Shown: piece after piece, positions 9,166 through 16,689 of the stretch
Layout: each line of letters opens with the position of its first letter
How positions within the stretch are numbered: the stretch's first letter is position 1
Assembly: GCA_037381445.1 (NCBI GenBank)
Contig: JARRQT010000011.1
Location: 1 to 24,938 of the forward strand
DNA from: Calditrichia bacterium
GTDB taxonomy: Bacteria > Calditrichota > Calditrichia > RBG-13-44-9
Direction of reading: 5' to 3'
DNA: 24,938 nt
The notes under the pieces: generated by a model
The model's database searches: none
Told to the model about the DNA's origin: nothing
The model's input: the letters and a program-made list of their open reading frames with translations, nothing else
Position numbers and translations under genes: made by a program

Positions 9166-10597
9166 CCGGTGGTCTGTTCTACTTATCTTTTTTACACTTG
9201 CACTTATTCATGCGGGGGAAAATTCCGCTTCTTTATCCGCTTTCAGGATGGATGTCCAAAATGGCCATTCTGTAATTGATTTCAACCTTCCGGCCGGCTG
9301 GAAGATCAAGATACTAAATGAATCGCCAGCCATAAAGATCATTGCCAAAATTTATAATCCGATAGCCGAATCGAATCCCTTTAATAAGAATGCAGTGGAA
9401 TTACGGTCAGACATCGGAATCAGTCGTTGTCAGATAACACCATTGACTTCCGGCAGCAGTCTGTTCGTATTTGAACTGGCTGAGAACATGACCTTTGAAA
9501 GCGCTGCTGGGACAGACGGCCGGATCGTGATTCATAACGAGCAGTACTTCGATGAAGCGGAACAGGCCTACCGTCAGGGATTACAGTTTCATGCCAATAA
9601 TCAGCTTCATGAGGCACTCTCCGCCTACAGGCAGGCGGTATTTCTTAAAAGGGAACACGGAAACGCTTATTTTAAGGCAGGACAGATACGTTTTGCATTT
9701 AAGCAGTACCGGCTGGCGGAAATTAATTTCAAGAATGCACTTAGGTTGAATTGTGATTCTCTGAATCTCTACCGGGACCTGGCAAAATTATATCGGATTG
9801 AAGGAAAAACAGGTCAGGCAGAAAAATATTCCCAAATTTTTGAATCCAGGCTGAAAGTGCTCTCTCCGCCAACGGATATGCCCGAATCGGATATAGCGCA
9901 GAATTTTCCCAAAGAAAAGGAAGAGGCAAAGTCGGAATCCACCTTTTCCCCTGAGGTTTCAAAAAGGGATTCTGCGGCAGTACCGCTGACCGTTGCCGCT
10001 GGACTGGGTATGCCCATCAGAATTATATTCTATCTGGCAGGTATCGTAGTTTTTGCCGTTTTCATTCTCTTGAGCATTTTTCTGCATTTTCTGAAGAAAA
10101 AAAGAACCAGCGCAGCTTTCCCGGATTCATCTGCAAAGGGTTCATTTGATGATCGGGAGGATTTGAAAAAATCTGCAATTCCATTCCGGCAGCAATCTCT
10201 GCGGCCATCTTATAAGCCTGAACCTGGAAGAGAAACCAGCCGGGAGACTGTCGAAAAGCCCGAAATTAAAATGACTAATGATGTTCCCCCACCTCCGAGC
10301 AAAACCGCAAAAGTTGAAGATTCGTGGCAGTTGTCCGATAATCCAACACCCTGGGAAAAAATGGAAGCAGCCCGGAACCTGAACCTGGGAGTCGGTGAGA
10401 TCGAACTGGCGTTGAACATGACCGCCCAGCAGCGGCAGGTCAGCAAAAAGAATTATATTCATTCTGAAATAGAGAGGCTTCATCATAATCGTATGAGCAT
10501 TTCCGAAATTGCGCGGCAATTGAATCTCGGTCAGGATGAGGTGAAACTGATTCTGGCTATGAACCATACACATCCCGAAAATGAATTGATTTACTGA
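9137..10597 (+). CDS. Exported TPR-containing membrane protein with C-terminal duplicated SwrB/DUF6115-like helix-turn-helix motif
   Basis: Signal-like N-terminus, TPR repeats (AEQAYRQG.., AYFKAGQI.., LYRDLAKLY), TM helix IIFYLAGIVVFAVFILLSIFLHFL-KKKR, tail ISEIARQLNLGQDEVKLIL. Overlaps the upstream gene by 29 nt. Confidence 0.8.
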   Translation: MAVKPPFRISRWSVLLIFFTLALIHAGENSASLSAFRMDVQNGHSVIDFNLPAGWKIKILNESPAIKIIAKIYNPIAESNPFNKNAVELRSDIGISRCQITPLTSGSSLFVFELAENMTFESAAGTDGRIVIHNEQYFDEAEQAYRQGLQFHANNQLHEALSAYRQAVFLKREHGNAYFKAGQIRFAFKQYRLAEINFKNALRLNCDSLNLYRDLAKLYRIEGKTGQAEKYSQIFESRLKVLSPPTDMPESDIAQNFPKEKEEAKSESTFSPEVSKRDSAAVPLTVAAGLGMPIRIIFYLAGIVVFAVFILLSIFLHFLKKKRTSAAFPDSSAKGSFDDREDLKKSAIPFRQQSLRPSYKPEPGRETSRETVEKPEIKMTNDVPPPPSKTAKVEDSWQLSDNPTPWEKMEAARNLNLGVGEIELALNMTAQQRQVSKKNYIHSEIERLHHNRMSISEIARQLNLGQDEVKLILAMNHTHPENELIY

Positions 10598-10618
10598 TTC
10601 ATTATTCCTCTTTTTGTT

Positions 10619-10645
10619 CTAACATCTCTTAATTTTTGCCGATAA
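10619..10645 (+). promoter_or_regulatory. Candidate sigma-28 (FliA) promoter
   Basis: Perfect -10 GCCGATAA at 10638-10645, with an imperfect -35 CTAA(C) at 10619-10623 (14-15 nt spacer), in the 104-nt gap before the FliK-like gene. Confidence 0.65.
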
Positions 10646-10701
10646 TAGCTTTGTGGGAGCGGAGCATTTTATTTCCTCAGTCAGATGAGAATTGAAGAGC
10701 A

Positions 10702-11904
10702 ATGGAAGTTTCTTTTTACCAGGCATCTTCTCCGCGCGACACTGTCCTGGCATTTACCGGCCTGAAACCGGGTGACCAGCTGGCCGTTCGCGTCACCAGG
10801 CGGACGGCTGCATTTCGCTATCTTGCCAGCTACAGGGGTGTTGAATTTCCCATAAACAGCGCGGTTTCGCTCAAGCCCAGAGACCTGATCCTGATTCAAT
10901 TGTTAAAAATCCAGCCGCGTTTGCAGTTTAAATTTCTGGCAATCATTAACGAGGCCAGTGAGGCGGGGTCTCTCGAGCAAGTAGCCCGTTTCTTTGAGTT
11001 CGAAAAAAATCCGCTGAGTGAAACTTTCCTAAACTGGTCGGTGCGGTTAAATCTTCCCATCAAAAGAAATGATTACAAAAGACTGAAAACCCTGTATTCG
11101 GAATCAACTGACTCACCGGGAAATGCGCAGCTTTTTCTGCTTCCCTTCTTCTGGCTCCAATCGAACATGGATACGGAAATATTTCATGACCCCTTCTTCC
11201 TGATGCAATGGGTTTTCGGAACTCCTCTTCAGGGCGATCCGGATGAAAATCGGGAAAGTTGGTCTCAGGATTCGGAGCTTCCCTCGGATGAACATCAAAA
11301 ATTGATATTCCATCAAATTCAAGAACGGCTGAATGAAGCATTCTCACTGAATGGATTGTTCGAGTTGTTACATGATTTGCAGAAACAACTAAAAAAGATT
11401 AATCTCTCCGGCCGGGATCATTCATTGTCAAAAACCGAAAAATTGACGGAGACAAATAGCTTCTCAAAGAATGCTCAAACCGAATTTTATGCGGATTTTG
11501 TGAAATTGCTCTTTCTGCAGATCGAAAACTACAACAGAGGCTTGTGGATATTTATTCCCTTTTCTTCCCCGAAGTCCAAAGAAAAGTGCTTTGCTTTTTG
11601 GCGAAAAGTGCAGGTCGCCAAACAAAAAGTTTATGAATTTACTTTTGCCTGGAATAGTGTTAATTTTAACGCTGTTGTTGTGAAAGGTAAAATTATTGAG
11701 GATTTGATTGAATTATCTGTTTATAATAATAATCGGAAATTTCAAAATTTTGTGGAAGATCATTTTCCTGAATTGAGGGAGAGACTGCAGAAGGTCGGGT
11801 TTATGATGAGCGATATTAAATGGAATCCAGGAAAGGACTTTTTTGCTGCCATTGGGAAGGCGTTGTTCAACAACGAATATAACAATATTGAGGTGAAGAT
11901 TTAA
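10702..11904 (+). CDS. FliK-like protein (hook-length-control-type C-terminal domain)
   Basis: C-terminal pattern FNAVVVKGKI..LIELSVY..VEDHFPELRERLQKVGF..IEVKI resembles the FliK/T3S4 domain. N-terminal LKPGDQLAVRV..LKPRDLILIQL beta module. Flagellar context. Highly divergent, so the family call is tentative. Confidence 0.55.
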   Translation: MEVSFYQASSPRDTVLAFTGLKPGDQLAVRVTRRTAAFRYLASYRGVEFPINSAVSLKPRDLILIQLLKIQPRLQFKFLAIINEASEAGSLEQVARFFEFEKNPLSETFLNWSVRLNLPIKRNDYKRLKTLYSESTDSPGNAQLFLLPFFWLQSNMDTEIFHDPFFLMQWVFGTPLQGDPDENRESWSQDSELPSDEHQKLIFHQIQERLNEAFSLNGLFELLHDLQKQLKKINLSGRDHSLSKTEKLTETNSFSKNAQTEFYADFVKLLFLQIENYNRGLWIFIPFSSPKSKEKCFAFWRKVQVAKQKVYEFTFAWNSVNFNAVVVKGKIIEDLIELSVYNNNRKFQNFVEDHFPELRERLQKVGFMMSDIKWNPGKDFFAAIGKALFNNEYNNIEVKI

Positions 11905-13077
11905 GTGATGGAAGAAATGCTGCAACAAAAAGCAAAAGTCCTTATTGTAGATGATAGTCAGGAAAGTGTGGATTTGCTGGTTTATTTTCTGAAACCGGCC
12001 GGTTATGACCTTGGCATTGCCAATGACGGTGCCGCTGCCATCGAAGAGGTGGAGAAGAATCCGCCGGATATCATCCTTCTGGATATTATGCTGCCCAAAA
12101 TTAACGGATATGAAGTTTGCGAGAAGCTCAAGAAAAACAGGGAGACCTTTCATATCCCCATTATCATGATTACAGCGTTGAAGGAACTGAAGGATAAAAT
12201 CAGGGCGCTGGAAGCGGGCGCTGACGATTTTATCTCAAAACCTTTCGACAATGTGGAGCTTGTGACACGTGTAAAATCTCTGCTGCGAATCAAATTCTAC
12301 CATGATGAACTGTTGAAAAGGAACCGGGAACTGCAGCGGCAGAAGGAAGCTCTGATGCGGGAAGACATGCTCAAAAAAGAGCTGTCCAACCTGATTGTCC
12401 ATGATATGAAAAATCCGCTTTTTGTAATCCAGGGCAACCTGCAGATGATGGAGATCAATCAGAAAGCCCCCGTACCCCAGTCCAGTGAAATCTATACTCA
12501 GCGAATCGCCCGCAGCAGCCGTAGTCTGTTGCGTATGATCCTCAACCTTCTGGATATCAGCCGGCTGGAACAGAAAAAGATGGAAATCGAACCGGTGCCT
12601 TTTAATCTGAATGCGATGATCGAAGATATCGTCGGATCTTTCAAGGATATTCCCGAACACCAGTCAAAAACAGTGGATATGAAGTGCCATGATGACCAGG
12701 TCAGCATTTATGCGGACAAGGATGTGTTTGAACGGGTGCTGGACAATCTGTTCAATTTTGTGTTCCAGAATACTCCGGATTTCATGGCAATATCAGTTGA
12801 AACCGAAAGCATGGAGGACCATCGTATTCGTCTGGTGGTAAGCCATGAGGGATATGCCATACCGAATAAATTCAAGCGAAAGATCTTTCTAAAGACTGCC
12901 CAACCCGAGCTTAGGAAATCTGGATTTAAGCCTGCCCGGGGGCTTGGGTTATTGTTTTGCCGCTTGGCGATGGAGGCTCAGCAGGGAACTATTTTTCTGA
13001 GAGAAAATTGCACTGAGAAAAACTGTTTTGTACTGGAAATTCCGACTTTTGAATATTTGAAAAGAGATAATCCATAA
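11905..13077 (+). CDS. Hybrid REC-HisKA-HATPase protein with degenerate ATP-binding domain
   Basis: Intact receiver (VLIVDD, LLDIMLP, ITA, KPF), H-box IVHDMKNPL, altered N box (DNLFNFV) and G1 box (SHEGYAI), G2 remnant RGLGL. Confidence 0.88.
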   Translation: MMEEMLQQKAKVLIVDDSQESVDLLVYFLKPAGYDLGIANDGAAAIEEVEKNPPDIILLDIMLPKINGYEVCEKLKKNRETFHIPIIMITALKELKDKIRALEAGADDFISKPFDNVELVTRVKSLLRIKFYHDELLKRNRELQRQKEALMREDMLKKELSNLIVHDMKNPLFVIQGNLQMMEINQKAPVPQSSEIYTQRIARSSRSLLRMILNLLDISRLEQKKMEIEPVPFNLNAMIEDIVGSFKDIPEHQSKTVDMKCHDDQVSIYADKDVFERVLDNLFNFVFQNTPDFMAISVETESMEDHRIRLVVSHEGYAIPNKFKRKIFLKTAQPELRKSGFKPARGLGLLFCRLAMEAQQGTIFLRENCTEKNCFVLEIPTFEYLKRDNP

Positions 13078-14480
13078 TGGGCGTATTCCAGACGACGAAC
13101 TCAGAAAATCAAGAAGGCGTCAAACTTGAAGTTTCCGATAATCATTTAACCGCCACACTCAAAATCGCAGATTATTCTTTGCCCACCCCTGAATTACTGC
13201 AACAGATAAAAAATCTGTTGATGAAGAATAAAATAAACCATGGTGTCGATTTCCCCGCGCTGAAAAATGTCTTGCTCAAAAAATCAGTTGAACCGTTTGT
13301 TATTGCCCGCGGCGATGCACCCCAACCGCCTGCTCCCGCGAGATTCGAGAAATTAATAGAATTTGAACCGGTATTACGAAGAGGGGAGAGTGAAAACGGG
13401 CGGGTTGATCATAAACATTTGATCCGTTCCAATCTGGTGCAGCCGGGCACTCCTCTAATCCGGATTATCCCTGGCGAAAAGGGTAAGGTGGGCAAAGATA
13501 TTTGTGGGAGGGTGATCGAGCCTCCTGAGAGCGAAAATGTGCTGCCCGTCTCCCTTGGTGATAATGTAAAATTTTCCGATGAAGATCCCCGGGTGGTTGT
13601 GGCTGCCTGCGCTGGTCTGGCATGCCTATCTCCCGCAAACGAAGTTCGAGTCCAGACCACCATGATTATCGAAAAGAATGTCGACTACGATAGTGGCAGC
13701 ATCGATTTTCACGGCGATGTTATTGTAAAGGGGGATGTGAAATCGGGATTCGAAGTTATTGCCACCGGCAATGTGGAGGTGCACGGCACCGTGGAGGATG
13801 CGGAGATACGGGCCGGGGGAGATATACTCGTTGACCACGGCTTTACGGGAACGATGAAAGGAGTTCTGAAGGCCGGTAATGACATAAAAATCGGTTTCGG
13901 TCATAATCAGAAAATGGAAGCCGGGCGTGATGTGGAATTTGAAGTTGAGTTGGTGGGATGCGAAGTGAAAGCGGGACGAACGCTGCGAAGCAGCCGGGGT
14001 CGGGTGGTTGGCGGGCAAAATGAAGCGGTTCAAAATGTGATCATTCGTCTTGCCGGCAGCGAAGAAGAAGTATCAACCTTGTTGGCGGCCGGTAAAAAAA
14101 GCACCGTTAATACGCTGCGATCCGATATTGAAAAACGCATTGAAGACTGCCATGCGCAGATGGAGGAGACAAAAAATGCTATTCAGGAATATGTGCTAAA
14201 GAAGATTGATAAAAAACTTACCGAATCCGAGCAGCAGGAACTGGATTCTCTTCAGAAAAACAGGGAAATTCTGACACAAAAATTGCAGGAGCTCAATCAG
14301 CAATCAGCAAATCTGAACCAGAAGATTGAGGAATTGAAAAGAGCGACCATACAGGTAAATGGTGTCATGTTTCCTAATGTGAGGGTTCAAATCGGGAGTA
14401 GTACCTGGATCAACAAAGAAAAACGCCGGTTTTTATTGCTTCGCGAGGCTGAGGACAGGATCGCCGTGAGCCGCGCCTGA
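13077..14480 (+). CDS. FapA family (DUF342) flagellar assembly protein
   Basis: VIARG..P, GRVDHK, GKVGKDICG, NVDYDSGSIDFHGDVIVKGDVKSGFEV beta-helix, coiled coil, FPNVRVQIG. TAATG coupling to the upstream gene. Confidence 0.92.
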   Translation: MGVFQTTNSENQEGVKLEVSDNHLTATLKIADYSLPTPELLQQIKNLLMKNKINHGVDFPALKNVLLKKSVEPFVIARGDAPQPPAPARFEKLIEFEPVLRRGESENGRVDHKHLIRSNLVQPGTPLIRIIPGEKGKVGKDICGRVIEPPESENVLPVSLGDNVKFSDEDPRVVVAACAGLACLSPANEVRVQTTMIIEKNVDYDSGSIDFHGDVIVKGDVKSGFEVIATGNVEVHGTVEDAEIRAGGDILVDHGFTGTMKGVLKAGNDIKIGFGHNQKMEAGRDVEFEVELVGCEVKAGRTLRSSRGRVVGGQNEAVQNVIIRLAGSEEEVSTLLAAGKKSTVNTLRSDIEKRIEDCHAQMEETKNAIQEYVLKKIDKKLTESEQQELDSLQKNREILTQKLQELNQQSANLNQKIEELKRATIQVNGVMFPNVRVQIGSSTWINKEKRRFLLLREAEDRIAVSRA

Positions 14481-14526
14481 CCGGATTGCCCGGCCCTCTC
14501 AATTGCCCTTCTGCATAAAGTTTTTA

Positions 14527-14892
14527 TTATTCCACCACCACCATTGCGATGGATGCGTCCTTTGAATGGGAAATTGACAAATGAAATTTCCTTCCCGCCA
14601 GAAGTTCTGCGGTTTTTCCGTAAACTCTGACTTCGGGTTTTCCAAGCGCATTGTTCACAACCTCCACATCTCTCCAGGTCATCTCCTTACCCAGCCCGGT
14701 GCCGGCAGCTTTGAAGACCGCTTCCTTCACCGCAAAGCGCGCTGCATAGCTGCCCCGGTCTTTTTTCCGGCTGCAGTATTCAATTTCCGGTTCTGTAAAG
14801 ATGCGGCTGACAAATTTGTCCCCGTAGCGCTCAATCAGATTCGCGATGCGTTCTATTTCGATTAAATCCACGCCAATTGAATATATTGCCAT
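14527..14892 (-). CDS. acpS: Holo-[acyl-carrier-protein] synthase
   Basis: IGVDLIEIERI, RIFTEPEIEYC, AARFAVKEAVFKA, GKP, LSISH. Confidence 0.96.
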   Translation of the reverse strand: MAIYSIGVDLIEIERIANLIERYGDKFVSRIFTEPEIEYCSRKKDRGSYAARFAVKEAVFKAAGTGLGKEMTWRDVEVVNNALGKPEVRVYGKTAELLAGRKFHLSISHSKDASIAMVVVE

Positions 14893-14942
14893 AAATGGTT
14901 ACCCAACCTTATTAATTGTCTTGCAGCAGTCTTGAATGAATC

Positions 14943-15416
14943 TCAGTCGAATTTTTCCGGGATTGATCTCAAATGCAGAATAATTTTCCATTCTTCCGGT
15001 GTCACCGGCTGAACAGACAAACGGGTATTATTCAGTAATACCATTTTTTTCAATTCCGGAACTGATTTTAATTCTTCACGCGTAATCGCCGGTTTGATTT
15101 CCCTTTGATATTGGACATCGACCAGGAACCAGCGGGGGTTATCCCTGGCGCTTTGCGGATCAAAATATTCGCTGTCCGGGTCAAACTGCGTCGGATCGGG
15201 ATAAGCCGGCCTGACTATTTTGACAATCCCATGGATGGCCTGCGGTTTGACCACGCTGTGATAGAAAAATCCCAGGTCGCCTGCTTTCATCTCTTTCAAA
15301 AAATTTCTGGCCTGGTAATTTCGAACGCCTTCCCATTGGGTGGTTCTGTCGGGTGAATCTCTCAGGTCATCCCAGCTGAAGACGTCCGGTTCTGTTTTTA
15401 AAAGCCAGTAATTCAT
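14943..15416 (-). CDS. EVE domain (PUA-like, THYN1-type) protein
   Basis: YWLLKTEP, WEGVRNYQARNFL, GDLGFFYHS, YPDPTQFD, RLSVQPV. ATG 15416 has an AGGA RBS (ORF track start 15449). Confidence 0.94.
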   Translation of the reverse strand: MNYWLLKTEPDVFSWDDLRDSPDRTTQWEGVRNYQARNFLKEMKAGDLGFFYHSVVKPQAIHGIVKIVRPAYPDPTQFDPDSEYFDPQSARDNPRWFLVDVQYQREIKPAITREELKSVPELKKMVLLNNTRLSVQPVTPEEWKIILHLRSIPEKFD

Positions 15417-15668
15417 CGCCTGTTTCCTGTCTTTAAAATCCTTAACCATTCTCTAATCCGTAAAGATACACAGATATCAGATGTATTTCAAATGATCAAA
15501 TAGTGATAAGGATATTTTTCTTGGCGGCTGTCAACATTTGTATTTTTTCGTTGCGGATCATTGTGTTAATTTAACGGGCAGTCTGGGTTATCAGATATCA
15601 GGGGCGAGATCTCCCGAATGGCGTTGCTGCCAAACTTTAATGCATGCAATAAAAGCTGGAAGTGTCAG

Positions 15669-16532
15669 GTGAAAATAGAAAAATTTTATATCGGTCTCGA
15701 TATTGGCGGTACCAAAATTATGGGGGCTCTTGCCAACTCCCGGGGCCAGATCATCAGGAAGCTCCGGGAATCAACACCCCCCGGCCTGGAGGAGGGGCTG
15801 GGACTGATCAGGAATATGGTGAAAAGCCTGGCTGCTCGGCGGGAAATTGAAGCTGTGGGCGCGGCAATTGGCGGCCCGCTGGATTATCGGGAAGGAGTGG
15901 TATCGCCGCTTCATCAGCCGGCATGGCGGAACGTTCCTTTGAAGAAAATTATGGAATCGAAGTACCGCTGCCGGTTTCATGTGGATGTTGATACCAATGC
16001 GGCGGCGCTGGGGGAATACAGGTTCGCTGCGCATTCTGCCTCGCGGCTGCTGTACGTGACTATCAGCACCGGCATTGGCGGCGGATTTATCATCAATGGG
16101 GAAATCTATCGGGGAAAAAACGGGATACACCCGGAGGTTGGTCACCAGTCGGTGAATTTTAAATGTTCTCATCCCGAGAAGGTTATCTGCGAATGCGGCG
16201 CTCCGGATTGCCTTGAAGCGCTGGCTTCCGGTAACGGAATTCGCCGGGTTTACGGCAAATCTCCCGAGAACCTGAATGATGGGGAGTGGGATGAGGTGGC
16301 CTACAATCTGGGACAGGGTATCAGAAATCTGGCGGTTATTTATGCCCCGCAACTGATTGTATTGGGGGGAGGAATAGCGATCGGCAGGGGTGAACTGCTG
16401 GCGACACGAATTTCAGAAGTGATGGAACGATATCTCAAAATTATCCCGCAACCGGAAATCCGGCTCAGCAAACTGGGATATGAGACTGCCCTGTACGGGG
16501 CTGTTGCCCTTGCCATGCGTGGAGCGGTTTAA
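15669..16532 (+). CDS. ROK family sugar kinase (no HTH)
   Basis: GLDIGGTKI, DTNAAALGE, STGIGGG, EVGH, CECGAPDCLE zinc motif, LGGG. GTG 15669 is the likely start (ORF track 15618). Confidence 0.92.
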   Translation: MKIEKFYIGLDIGGTKIMGALANSRGQIIRKLRESTPPGLEEGLGLIRNMVKSLAARREIEAVGAAIGGPLDYREGVVSPLHQPAWRNVPLKKIMESKYRCRFHVDVDTNAAALGEYRFAAHSASRLLYVTISTGIGGGFIINGEIYRGKNGIHPEVGHQSVNFKCSHPEKVICECGAPDCLEALASGNGIRRVYGKSPENLNDGEWDEVAYNLGQGIRNLAVIYAPQLIVLGGGIAIGRGELLATRISEVMERYLKIIPQPEIRLSKLGYETALYGAVALAMRGAV

Positions 16533-16645
16533 TATATTCTGGAAACGGGCAAGTCTATCGCGAAAAACGCCATTCACATTTTATCGGGCCGGAGCCTGAA
16601 TTTCCTTTCCATCAAATTAATATGTAAGTGGTGATCTCCATTGCG

Positions 16646-16675
16646 AAAAAGGGGAGGTTGAATCGCCTCCCCTTT
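16646..16675 (-). terminator. Rho-independent terminator between the convergent ROK and dipeptidase genes (possibly bidirectional)
   Basis: AAAGGGGAGG-ttgaatcg-CCTCCCCTTT inverted repeat. Gives a U5 tail on the minus strand, 14 nt past the dipeptidase stop. Confidence 0.85.
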
Positions 16676-16689
16676 GAAATTGAAAATCC

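Noticed and set aside
11560..11900. AT-rich stretch in the 3' part of the FliK-like gene (hand count about 22-32% GC in two 60-nt lines) as a possible foreign insert
   Set aside because: The ORF is continuous, rich in F/N/K/I codons, and there are no flanking repeats or mobility genes.
7744..13077. Calling the two degenerate kinase genes pseudogenes
   Set aside because: Both are full length, without stops or frameshifts, tightly coupled to neighbours and retain phospho-acceptor residues.
15506..15534. TTGACA on the minus strand upstream of the EVE gene
   Set aside because: No convincing -10 hexamer at 16-18 nt spacing.
13077..16532. Functional link between FapA (sugar-responsive in Vibrio) and the nearby ROK kinase
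   Set aside because: They are separated by two opposite-strand genes, so proximity alone is not evidence.
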